64,000 nucleotides of DNA. Origin: Eledone cirrhosa. Lineage: Eukaryota. Positions 12,937-24,567 of the stretch are shown here, piece by piece; positions within the stretch are counted from its first letter, which is position 1, and every line of letters begins with the position of its first letter. Location of the stretch: assembly GCA_964016885.1 (NCBI GenBank), contig OZ024744.1:39184001-39248000 (forward strand), given 5' to 3'. A program made the translations under genes and the position numbers. The notes beneath the pieces are model-generated. The model did not search any database. It saw only the letters and a program-made list of their open reading frames with translations, and was not told the DNA's origin.

Positions 12937-14885
12937 ATCATCATCATCAGGTTTAGCGTCCGTGTTCCACGCTTGCATGGGTTTGGACGGGGTTTTCCCA
13001 CTTGAGGCAAGAGTGGTTGTCTTGCTCGCATAGGACTGTCTGGCGGGTTTTCTACAGTTGGATGCCCTTCCTAACACCAACCACATTTACAGTGTGGGGC
13101 TGGGAGGTTTTTACCGTGTTGCCTACACGGCCACATTTACAGCGTGGACTGTGTGTTTTTTTGTCGTGACACCTACACGATCTCATTTGTTTCGGGCTGG
13201 ATGTTGTGGGACCAACATAACTTTACATTGAAAGGGGCGGTGTGGATGGGGTGGAGGTGGTGGGAGGGGGGGGGGTGTTTTGATAGAGATGCCTACTGAC
13301 TGTAGTAGGTTTTTACTTTGTATTTAGGTAAGGCGGGTCTTCTCTATTACTGAGTACCGCCAAAGGTCTCGGTCCAGTGACATTGTCTTGGAGAGGTGTA
13401 AGCGTGTGAGGTCGGAATTTATCAGCTCGTCCCATGTTTTTCTGGGTCTGCCTACTCCGTGGCTACCATCTATCTTTATTGCCCTGCACTTTGTTATACA
13501 GCTGTCGTCTTTCATGCGCATCACGTGACCGTACCAACGTAGCCTTCTCTCGAGTAAACATCTGATCCCTCTTATTTCTAATTTTTTCCTTAGTTCGTTT
13601 ATGCTTTGCCGTTCACGTATATTACTATTGCACATCCAGCGGAGCATGCAAGCTTCGTTCCTCTCTAGTCTGCGTATATCCTCTGCACACAATGCCCAGG
13701 TCTCACTGCCATGCAGCATTGCTGTTCGTATGCAGGCATCGTATAACCTGCCTTTCATTTTTAGGGAGAACCCTCTAGCGGCTAATAGTGGTATAAGCTC
13801 TCTGAACTTTTTCCATCCAGTTCTGACTCTAGCTACTGTACTTTCATGGCCATTTCCCAGATGGGATTGCCGCCTTATTTTCTTTCCTACAAACTAGAAC
13901 TTTAGTCTTAGCCAGGTTAATTTTAAGGCCTTTTGATTCTAGGCCGTGCTTCCATGTTTGGAATTTCTTCTCTAGTTCGGTCATTGATTCAGCTATGAAC
14001 GTTAGATCATCTGCGTATAGGAGTTCCCATGGTCAGCCGGTCTTGAACTCCTCTGTTATAGCCTGAAGGGCAATAATAAATAGTAGGGGGCTAAGAACAG
14101 AGCCCTGATGGACACCAACTTTTACGCTACACTCTTCACTATATTCGTTGTTAATTCTAACCTTACTGACTGTTTCTTTATACATGGCTTGTATAGCTCT
14201 CACAAGCCATTCGTCAACACCTAGTTTTCTAAGAGACCACCAGATAATGGAACGGGGGACTCTGTCGAAGGCTTTCTCCAAGTCGACGAAAGCTAAGTAT
14301 AGGGGTTTACTTTTAGCTAGGTACTTCTCCTGTAGTTGTCGTACAATGAAAAGAGCGTCTGTGGTACTTTTGCCTGACACAAATCCGAACTGCATTTCAT
14401 CTAGATCAATTCTCTCTCTGATTAGTTGCGCTATTACTTTTTCCGTGACCTTCATGACCTGGTCGATTAATTTAATGCCTCTATAGTTACTCCTATCTAG
14501 GGCATCTCCTTTTCCCTTATAGCAGTTAACGATGATGCTGCTACGCCAGTCCTTCGGAACAACCCCATTCTGTACGACTTGGTTAACTATCCGGGTGACC
14601 ATGGTGTGTCCCACCGAACCAGATGCCTTCAGCATCTCAGCAACTATTTCCGAAGGACCAGCCGCCTTACCCGTCTTCATATCTTTGATTGCCTTGCTTA
14701 TTGTACTACCCTGGACTAACACTGCTGGTCCCTCTATTGGGTCGATGTGGGGGAGACTGTCTTTCTCCCATTTGTTCTCCTCATTTAGAAGCCTTTCGTA
14801 GTGACACTTCCAAGCTACCTTCTTATCAGCGTCTGTGATGGCAAGTATGCCATCATCGTTAAATACACACTTCTCCCCGACAATA
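12937..14885 (-). mobile_element. RTE-clade LINE, family 1, truncated, internal deletion near 13846
   Basis: RT motifs ([24 protein letters not shown]) in 14033-14885 and C-terminal ORF 13324-13758. The zinc-finger region is deleted. Confidence 0.92.
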
Positions 14886-15537
14886 CATATATATGTATAT
14901 ATATGTATATGTATATATATGTATATGTATATATGTATATATATATATATATATATGTATATGTATATATATATGTGTATATATATGTATATGTATATAT
15001 GTATATGTATATATATATATGTGTATATATATGTATATGTGTGTATATATGTGTATATATATGTATATGTATATATATATGTGTATATATATGTATATGT
15101 ATGTATATATATATATGTATATGTATGTATATATATGTATATGTATGTATATATATATATATGTATGTATATATATGTATATGTATGTATATATATGTAT
15201 ATGTATGTATATATATATGTATATGTATGTATATATATATGTATATGTATGTATATGTATGTATATATATATGTATATGTATGTATATATGTATATGTAT
15301 GTATATATGTATATGTATGTATATATATATATATGTATATGTATGTATATATGTATATGTATGTATATATGTATATGTATGTATATATGTATATGTATGT
15401 ATATATGTATATGTATGTATATATGTATATGTATGTATATATATATATGTATATGTATGTATATATGTATATGTATGTATGTATATATGTATATGTATGT
15501 ATGTATATATGTATATGTATGTATATATATGTATATG

Positions 15538-15594
<57 letters not shown>

Positions 15595-15595
15595 G

Positions 15596-15626
<31 letters not shown>

Positions 15627-16126
15627 GTATATATATGTATATGTATATATATGTATATGTATATATATGTATATATATGTATATGTATATATATGTATAT
15701 ATATATATATGTATATATATGTATATATATGTATATGTATATATATGTATATGTATATATATGTATATATATATATATGTATATATATGTATATGTATAT
15801 ATATGTATATATATGTATATATATATATATGTATATATATGTATATGTATATATATGTATATATATATATACGTATATATATATATGTATATATATGTAT
15901 ATGTATATATATATATATGTATATATATGTATATGTATATATATGTATATATATATATACGTATATATATATATGTATATATATGTATATGTATATATAT
16001 ATGTATGTATATGTATATATATATGTATATGTATGTATATATGTATATGTATGTATGTATATGTATATGTGTACGTATATGTATGTATATGTATATATAT
16101 GTATATATATATATATATGTATATAT
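14886..16126. repeat. (TA)n/(TATG)n microsatellite
   Basis: Direct reading of the sequence. Confidence 0.95.
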
Positions 16127-16367
16127 ATGTAAGTATGCATGTATACGTACATACATATATGTATACAGACGTACAGTAGCATGCACATATATATATATAT
16201 ATACATATATATATACATATGCATACAGGTACACATACATATATGCACGTATCAGTTTAGCGGCGCTAACGTCGCTTTGTTCGTTTGTAAACAAACTGAA
16301 CAGCCTGAATTTATGCCATACGGTGTTAAGGCAACCACGTCACCTTTTTGTTCAACACTGACACAGG

Positions 16368-16412
16368 AACGATGTACTAGTTTCAAGCTTGTTAGCTATC
16401 ATCAGCACCGTT
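16368..16412 (-). ncRNA. Minimal type I hammerhead ribozyme
   Basis: Identical to 2140-2184. Confidence 0.85.
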
Positions 16413-16833
16413 TACCCATCTGCCAGATAGTTGAACGTTCGAAAGTATATACTTTCCTTATGAAAATTAACGGCTGAGCAGCCTAATTTGCATATTGAGT
16501 GAGTTAAATCGGTCAGGCATACCGAAAATGATAAATTGAAACAAAATGAAAACGAAATTTCATTTTTCACTCTTAGTATGGCACTTACTTAAATGTAAGT
16601 ATGCATGTATACGTATATACATATATGTATACAGACGTACAGTAGCATGCACATATATATATATATATACATATATATATACATATGCATACAGGTACAC
16701 ATACATATATGCACGTATCAGTTTAGCGGCGCTAACGTCGCTTTGTTCGTTTGTAAACAAACTGAACAGCCTGAATTTATGCCATACGGTGTTAAGGCAA
16801 CCACGTCACCTTTTTGTTCAACACTGACACAGG

Positions 16834-16878
16834 AACGATGTACTAGTTTCAAGCTTGTTAGCTATCATCAGCACCGTT
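16834..16878 (-). ncRNA. Minimal type I hammerhead ribozyme
   Basis: Identical to 2140-2184. Confidence 0.85.
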
Positions 16879-17299
16879 TACCCATCTGCCAGATAGTTGA
16901 ACGTTCGAAAGTATATACTTTCCTTATGAAAATTAACGGCTGAGCAGCCTAATTTGCATATTGAGTGAGTTAAATCGGTCAGGCATACCGAAAATGATAA
17001 ATTGAAACAAAATGAAAACGAAATTTAATTTCTCACTCTTAGTATGGCACTTACTTAAATGTAAGTATGCATGTATACGTACATACATATATGTATACAG
17101 ACGTACAGTAGCATGCACATATATATATATATATACATATATATATACATATGCATACAGGTACACATACATATATGCACGTATCAGTTTAGCGGCGCTA
17201 ACGTCGCTTTGTTCGTTTGTAAACAAACTGAACAGCCTGAATTTATGCCATACGGTGTTAAGGCAACCACGTCACCTTTTTGTTCAACACTGACACAGG

Positions 17300-17344
17300 A
17301 ACGATGTACTAGTTTCAAGCTTGTTAGCTATCATCAGCACCGTT
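17300..17344 (-). ncRNA. Minimal type I hammerhead ribozyme
   Basis: Identical to 2140-2184. Confidence 0.85.
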
Positions 17345-17765
17345 TACCCATCTGCCAGATAGTTGAACGTTCGAAAGTATATACTTTCCTTATGAAAATT
17401 AACGGCTGAGCAGCCTAATTTGCATATTGAGTGAGTTAAATCGGTCAGGCATACCGAAAATGATAAATTGAAACAAAATGAAAACGAAATTTCATTTCTC
17501 ACTCTTAGTATGGCACTTACTTAAATGTAAGTATGCATGTATACGTACATACATATATGTATACAGACGTACAGTAGCATGCACATATATATATATATAT
17601 ACATATATATATACATATGCATACAGGTACACATACATATATGCACGTATCAGTTTAGCGGCGCTAACGTCGCTTTGTTCGTTTGTAAACAAACTGAACA
17701 GCCTGAATTTATGCCATACGGTGTTAAGGCAACCACGTCACCTTTTTGTTCAACACTGACACAGG

Positions 17766-17810
17766 AACGATGTACTAGTTTCAAGCTTGTTAGCTATCAT
17801 CAGCACCGTT
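17766..17810 (-). ncRNA. Minimal type I hammerhead ribozyme
   Basis: Identical to 2140-2184. Confidence 0.85.
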
Positions 17811-17956
17811 TACCCATCTGCCAGATAGTTGAACGTTCGAAAGTATATACTTTCCTTATGAAAGTGCCATACTAAGAGTGAGAAATGAAATTTCGTTTTC
17901 ATTTTGTTTCAATGTATATATATGTATATATATATATATATATGTATATGTATATG

Positions 17957-17987
<31 letters not shown>

Positions 17988-18009
17988 GTATGTGCACGGT
18001 TTTCCAATT

Positions 18010-18944
18010 GGTGCTCTGAAAGTACTGTAGCTAGAGTCAGAACTGGTTGGAAAAAGTTCAGAGAGCTTATACCACTATTAGCTCCTAAAGGGTTCTCCCT
18101 AAAAATGAAAGGCAGGTTGTACGATGCCTGCATACGAACAGCAATGCTGCATGGCAGTGAGACCTGGGCATTGTGTGCAGAGGATATACGCAGACTAGAG
18201 AGGAACGAAGCTTGCATGCTCCGCTGGATGTGTAACAGTAATATACGTGAACGGCAAAGCATAAACGAACTAAGGAAAAAATTAGAGATAAGAGGGATCA
18301 GATGTTGTTTCCTCGAGAGAAGGCTACGTTGGTATGGACACGTGATGCGCATGAAAGTCGATAGCTGTATAACAAAGTGCAGGGCAATAAAGATAGACGG
18401 TAGTCACGGAATAGGCAGACCTAGAAAAACCTGGGACGAGCTGATAAACTCCGACATCACACACTTACACCTCTCCAAGACAATGTCACTGGACCGAGAC
18501 CTTTGGCGGTACTCAGTAACAGAGAAGACCCGCCTTACCTAAATATATAGTAAAACCTACTCCAGCCAGTAGGTATCTCTAACAAAATAGCCCCCCCCCC
18601 CCACACCCCCACACACCCCCACCCCATCCACACCACCCCGTTCTATGTAAAGTTATGTTGGTGCCGCGCCATCCAGGCCGAAACAAATGAGATCGTGTAG
18701 GTGTCACGACAAAAAAAACACACAGTCCACGCTGTAATGTGGCCGTGTAGGCAACACGGTAAAAACCTCCCAGACCCACACTGTAAATGTGGTTGGTGTT
18801 AGGAAGGGCATCCAACTGTAGAAAACCTGCCAGACAGTCCTATACGAGCAAGACAATCACTCTTGCCTCAAGTGGGACTACCCCCGTCCAAACCCATGCA
18901 AGCGTGGAACACGGACGTTAAACGTTGATGATGATGATGATGAT
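18010..18944 (+). mobile_element. RTE-clade LINE, family 1, 3' fragment
   Basis: C-terminal ORF ending 18542, 3' UTR and (ATG)n tail. Confidence 0.92.
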
Positions 18945-19594
18945 ATATATGTATATGTATATATATATCTATATATATATGTATATGTATATATATATGT
19001 ATATGTATATATATATGTATATATATATGTATATGTATATATATATGTATATGTATATATGTATATATATATGTATATATATATGTATATGTATATATGT
19101 ATATGTATATATGTATATATATGTATATAAGTATATATGTATATATATGTATGTATATATATATATGTATGTATATATATATATGTATGTATATGTATGT
19201 ATATGTATGTATGTATATGTATGTATATGTATGTATATGTTTGTATGTATATGTATGTATGTATATGTATGTATATATATGTATATGTATATATATGTAT
19301 ATGTATATATATGTATATGTATATATATGTATATGTATATATATGTATATATATATGTATATGTATATATATGTATATATATGTATATGTATATATATGT
19401 ATATATATGTATATGTATATATATGTATATATATGTATATGTATATATATGTATATATATGTATATGTATATATATATGTATATATATGTATATGTATAT
19501 ATATATGTATATATATGTATATGTATATATATATGTATATATATGTATATGTATATATATGTATATGTATATATATGTATATAAATATGTATAT

Positions 19595-21370
19595 ATCATC
19601 ATCATCATCACCGTTTTATGTCCGTTCTTCCATGCTAGCATGGGTCAGACGGGTTGTCCTGTTGTGGGCAGTGTCTGGTCGGCTGACCATGCCTTGCTCA
19701 TATAGGAACTGATTTGGCTTGATTTCTACAGCTGGATGCCCTTCCTAACACCAACCTCATTTACAGTGAGTGCTGGCTGCTTTTTCGTGGCGCCTACACG
19801 TCCATTTTACACTGGGCTGGGTGCTTTTTTGCCGTGGCACCTCTACGACCACCTTGCGGTGGGGTGTGTGGGGGAATAATATCTATATGCTTCAGCTTGT
19901 ACCCATGGGAGGTCGGGTACTCTGTATTACTGTGTGACGCCAGAGGTCACGGTCGTGTGTCATCACCTTTGAGAGGTGTAATTGGGTAAGGTCGGCTTTT
20001 ATCACCTCATCCCAGGTCATCTTGGGTCTCCCCAATCCGTGGTTTCCATCGACTTCTAGTGCTCTGCACCTTTTTATGCAGCTGTCATCCTTCATACGCA
20101 TCACATGTCCATACCAGCGCAACAGCCTCTCCTGCACACAGCATTTGATTCCTCTTATGCTCAGTCTCTCTCTCAATTCATTTATGCTTTGTCGTTCACG
20201 TATATTACTGTTACACATCCATCGGAGCATGCAGACTTCGTTCCTCTCTAATCTACGTAAGTCTTCCACCTTCAGCACCCAGGTCTCACTACCATGCAAC
20301 ATCGCTGTTCGGATACACGCATCATACAGTTTGCCTTTCATTATGAGGGAGAAGCCTTTTGCAGCTAGCAGTGGTAGTAGTTACCTAAACTTCTTCCATC
20401 CCGTTCTTACCCTAGTTATTGTATTTTCTGAACACCCACCTCCGCTGCTAATTTGGTCACCTAGGTAGCAGAAGCTGTCTACTGTTTCTACAGAGCCCTC
20501 CCAGAGATTGGTGGTACTTGTTTCCTGTGGCTGTATGCTGCTTGCTGTCCCAGCACAGCTGCTGCATGTGAAGCCTACATTCTTAATTAAGCTTCCTGAG
20601 ATCCCGCTACATCTCTTGTGTACCCATTGTTTGCATTTGGGGCAGAGAATGGAGTTCCTACCTACACCTTTCTTACATACTGAGCAAGGCCATTTGCCTG
20701 AGGGGATCTGGGTTCTGTTTTCTCGTCTACTTACAAAGACCTTAGTCTTTGTCATGTTGACTTTGAGACCCTTTCTTTCTAGTCCCTGCTTCCAAATTTG
20801 GAATTTATTCTCTAGTTCTACCATAGATTCAGCTATAAGTGCGAGGTCATCAGCACACAGGAGTTCCCATGGGCATCTGGTCTTAAACTCCTCCGTTATT
20901 GCCTGCAGGACTATGATGAACAGGAGGGGGCTAAGAACAGAGCCCTAGTGGACCCCAACCTGTACGCTAAATTCCTCGCTATACTCATTGCTAATCCTAA
21001 CTTTGCTGACTGCTCCCCTATACATGGCTTGTACCGCTTTCACAAGCCATTCATCTACTCCTAGTTTTCTAAGAGCCCACCAGATTACAGCACGTGGAAC
21101 TCTGTTCCAGGTTTTCTCAAGGTCAACAAATGCCAGGTAGAGTGGCTTACTTTTAGCTAGGTACTTTTCCTGTAACTGCCTGACAAGGAAGAGGGCATCA
21201 GTGGTGCCTCTTCCTGGTACAAACCCAAATTGCATCTCGTCTAGTTTCACCTGGTCCCTAATCAACTGTGCTATAACTCTTTCTGTTACTTTCATGACCT
21301 GGTCCATCAGCTTCATACCTCTATAGTTTCCTCTATCTAGTGCATCACCTTTACCTTTGTAGCAGTTGAC
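19595..21370 (-). mobile_element. RTE-clade LINE, family 2, 5'-truncated, with stops
   Basis: ORF pieces 20945-21370, 20381-20824 and 19892-20341. Distinct 3' UTR shared with 24568-27358. Confidence 0.92.
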
Positions 21371-21376
21371 ATATAT

Positions 21377-21407
<31 letters not shown>

Positions 21408-23692
21408 TAAAAACTACTGGACGACCTTAAAAATACCAAAGGAATTGTAGTAAAAGCGGACAAAACATCAAACCTGTACACTATGGATTGCACTACATAC
21501 AACAACTTCATTCGAAAAGAATTACATAAAAAATATAGAAAAACGAATGAAGTAACTCTTAAGCACATCAATGATGAGGCATGCGAAATAGTGAAAAATC
21601 TCGGAATTGAAGATAGGACAGGACCACTCTTACCGGCGGTACCCACCTTCAATCTTAAGGACCATAAGGTAAACTTTGATAATGACCCTAAAATTAGATT
21701 AATCTGCCCCTCTAAATCAGATATAGGTAAAATAAGCAAATATATCTTAGATAGAATCATCCCCCAAATTAAGGCTAAGGTTAACATTAAACTCTGGGGG
21801 AAGACCCAAGAAGCAATAAGATAGATTTATTCTTATTGCTAATGCTATTAAACCAAGTTTATCCAGTTTGATATCGATAAATATTACTCATCGATATCAC
21901 CTGAAACTTTGAATAGAGCCATTAAGTTTGCTAAGGATAACTCTGACCTTATAAACGATGAAATTAAGATTATATTAGAAGCTAGGAAAACTATAGTCAA
22001 ATTTGAGAACAGTTATTGGGTACGTAAAGATAGACCCTCTAACTTTGACATAACAATGGGCTCTAACGATTCGGCGGAAATAACTGATATTGTGGGGTTA
22101 TTTATCGCCTTTAGACTCCAGGAAAAATTCAGCAATCTCCACGGCGGAATATACCGCGACGATGTTCTCCTCCTAATTAAAAACCTAAATAACCAAAAAC
22201 TAGAAAAACTACGCAAAGATATAAGAAAACTACTACTCGAAATAGGACTAACTATAACATATGAATACAACCTTAAAGTAGTTAACTTCCTGGATGTCAC
22301 ACTCAATTTAAACTCTGGTTTGATTAAACCATTTCATAAATTGAATGAAAATCTCAAATACGTAAATGTTGGGTCTAACCACCCCATCTCTATAATTAAA
22401 TCTATCCCTAAAAATATTTCCCTTAGAATCTTGGGTCTATCTTCTAACATACAAGTATTTAAGGAACACACCGAGTACTACGATAACGCCCTTAGTAAAG
22501 CAGGCTACCTCAACAAAATAGAGTATATAGATGGGAACTATCAAAACACCAAAAATAAATCCCACATAGGTAGATATAATAACACAACACCAAACCACAC
22601 TTACTACCATAGTATGCACACCAGTAAACCAACAAACAAAACTAATAGAAAGCGATGCAAAGAGTACTTATGGTATAACCCCGAATACAATAGTTCCATT
22701 AGTACAAATTTACCAGTACTCTTCTTTAAAATAATTAAGAGACATTTTCCTACATCACACAAATACCACAAAATCCTAAACCCTACCACTATAAGACTGT
22801 CATACTCTACAGCGTTAAACCTTGAACAAAGATAAAAAAGATCAATACTAGAAGGTTAAACGAAAACACTAAGAACTTAAGTACAAAGAACACAAAAAAA
22901 AACAGTAGACAATACACTACAGAACATAAATAAACCACACTTAAGTTCGTCCTCAATACTACTCCAGAGAAAACCCAACGTACACAACTGTAACTGCACC
23001 TATCCTGACAACTGCCCCCTCGGCAATAACTGACTGGAAAAAAATATTATTTATAAGTGTACCATTAAATCCGGAGGCAACGAGTGGTATTACGTGGGAT
23101 CAACGGCAACATCGTTTAAATCTCGATTATATAGGCATTCTTACTCAATAAAACACCAGAGCCAAAGAAATGTAACAACTTTAGCAGAAAAAGCTTGGAC
23201 GCTCAGGGATAGCGATCAAAAGTTTACCCTAAAATGGGAGAAATTAGCTAAAACTCAAAGCTTTTCCAGGAGCCAAAATTTCTGCAAATTGTGTAATCTT
23301 GAGATTTATTACATAATCACACACAAGAAGAAATTACTGAATAACAGAATTGAACGAACATTATTCTGCCGTCACAGAACTAAAACCCTTTTTTCCCACT
23401 ACAAGCCGAATATTACATAAAAGAGGGACATCCCCCCAACTATATAAACCTCAATCTAGTTAGAAAAATATAAAAACAATCTCTTCTCAACATATATTAA
23501 TAACCTTAAATTACCACACTAATAATGGAAAGATATGCTGATGAGAATAGGTGCAAATATGCGATAATGAATGTGTCTAAAAACGTCCATAAGTATGTAT
23601 ATATATGTGAAAATGTATATAAATAAGTAAATATATATATATATGTTTGATGTGTATAGTTAGATGTAAGTGTATTCATGTATTAAAGTGCT

Positions 23693-23732
<40 letters not shown>

Positions 23733-24556
23733 GAGATGTGTATGTATATGTATATATGTACACATAGACTAGAGTATGTATGTATATATGTGTGTGTCTA
23801 TATGTGTGTATATAAAGATAAGTTGAGTATGAAAATGTATACACATGAATGCGTATGTATGTACATGAATACATGTGTGTATATATATATGTATGCATGT
23901 GTATATGTATGTAAGTATGAACATGTTACTATGTGAATGTGAGTATATGTATTTTGTAGAGGTGTGCAAATATATTTGTGTGTGAATGCATGGGTGAAAG
24001 GATACGTACACTTGAAAGAAAAATTTAAGTCTGAATGTTAATTAAGTGCAAACACAAAACCAACCACGCATATCTTTACTATCTCTAATCCTTCTATAGA
24101 TTTAGAAAAATAACCAATAATATATTCTATAAAAATGTCAAAACAACAGATGGGAATCTAATTACTCACTGCCACCAAAAATTCTCACTGCTATCAAAAA
24201 ACCACTCCCTCAACTATTCTTCTAACAACTTCACCCCTCCCTCCTAATATTCTCTATAAAAACCAAATAGGTCCCCTCAGTAATATTATTCTGATGAAAT
24301 GACAGTAAATAATAACATTGAAATATTGAATGTCTGCATAACTAAAACTTTGTAGATAGCAGCTGTTTTCAGGTTATGTAACTGTTATAGAAACACGTGT
24401 CAATAAATTCCTTTCAACTAAACTGTATCCATTCAAATCTTTCTATTTTTCTCCGGATTACTTTTGGAACTACAACTGGAACCGTCGAGCAAACTCTACG
24501 CGAGCTGTCAATCTACTGTGTGTAATATTTATATTACAACACAACGGAAAATACTG
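21408..24556 (+). mobile_element. Penelope-like element 2, 5'-truncated, disrupted
   Basis: KADKT, LKDHK..RLICP, FDI..YY, TMGS, IYRDD and NFLDVTLNL RT motifs, a CNC..CPL linker and GIY-YIG (IIY..YVGST..RL..H; ORF 23094-23420). Long 3' UTR with an HHR. Confidence 0.9.
24286..24406 (+). ncRNA. Type I hammerhead ribozyme with a large branched stem II
   Basis: UUAUU-CUGAUGA-AAUGACAGU...ACUGUUAUA-GAAAC-ACGU-GUC^AAUAA. Palindromic ACACGUGU stem III. Confidence 0.75.
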
Positions 24557-24567
24557 TATATATGTAT

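Larger units (their letters stand above)
16127..17913 (-). mobile_element. 466-bp hammerhead-containing repeat, array 2: ~3.7 near-identical units plus a 50-bp inverted arm
   Basis: ORF starts at 16546/17012/17478 give a period of exactly 466. 17864-17913 is the reverse complement of ATTGAAACAAAATG...GGCAC. Confidence 0.9.

Noticed and set aside
14033-16294. 753-aa ORF apparently fusing the 466-bp repeat, a low-complexity linker and RT
   Set aside because: Chance read-through across a microsatellite joining two independent insertions. The RT part is truncated and frameshifted.
16546-16943. 93-aa and 112-aa ORFs repeated in each 466-bp unit
   Set aside because: They are partly microsatellite-derived, show no recognisable domain, lie antisense to the HHR, and I see no counterpart in the sister family.
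23538-23600. CTGATGA in the PLE2 3' UTR as a second hammerhead
   Set aside because: No paired stem II followed by GAAA and a cleavage triplet with stem I complementarity.
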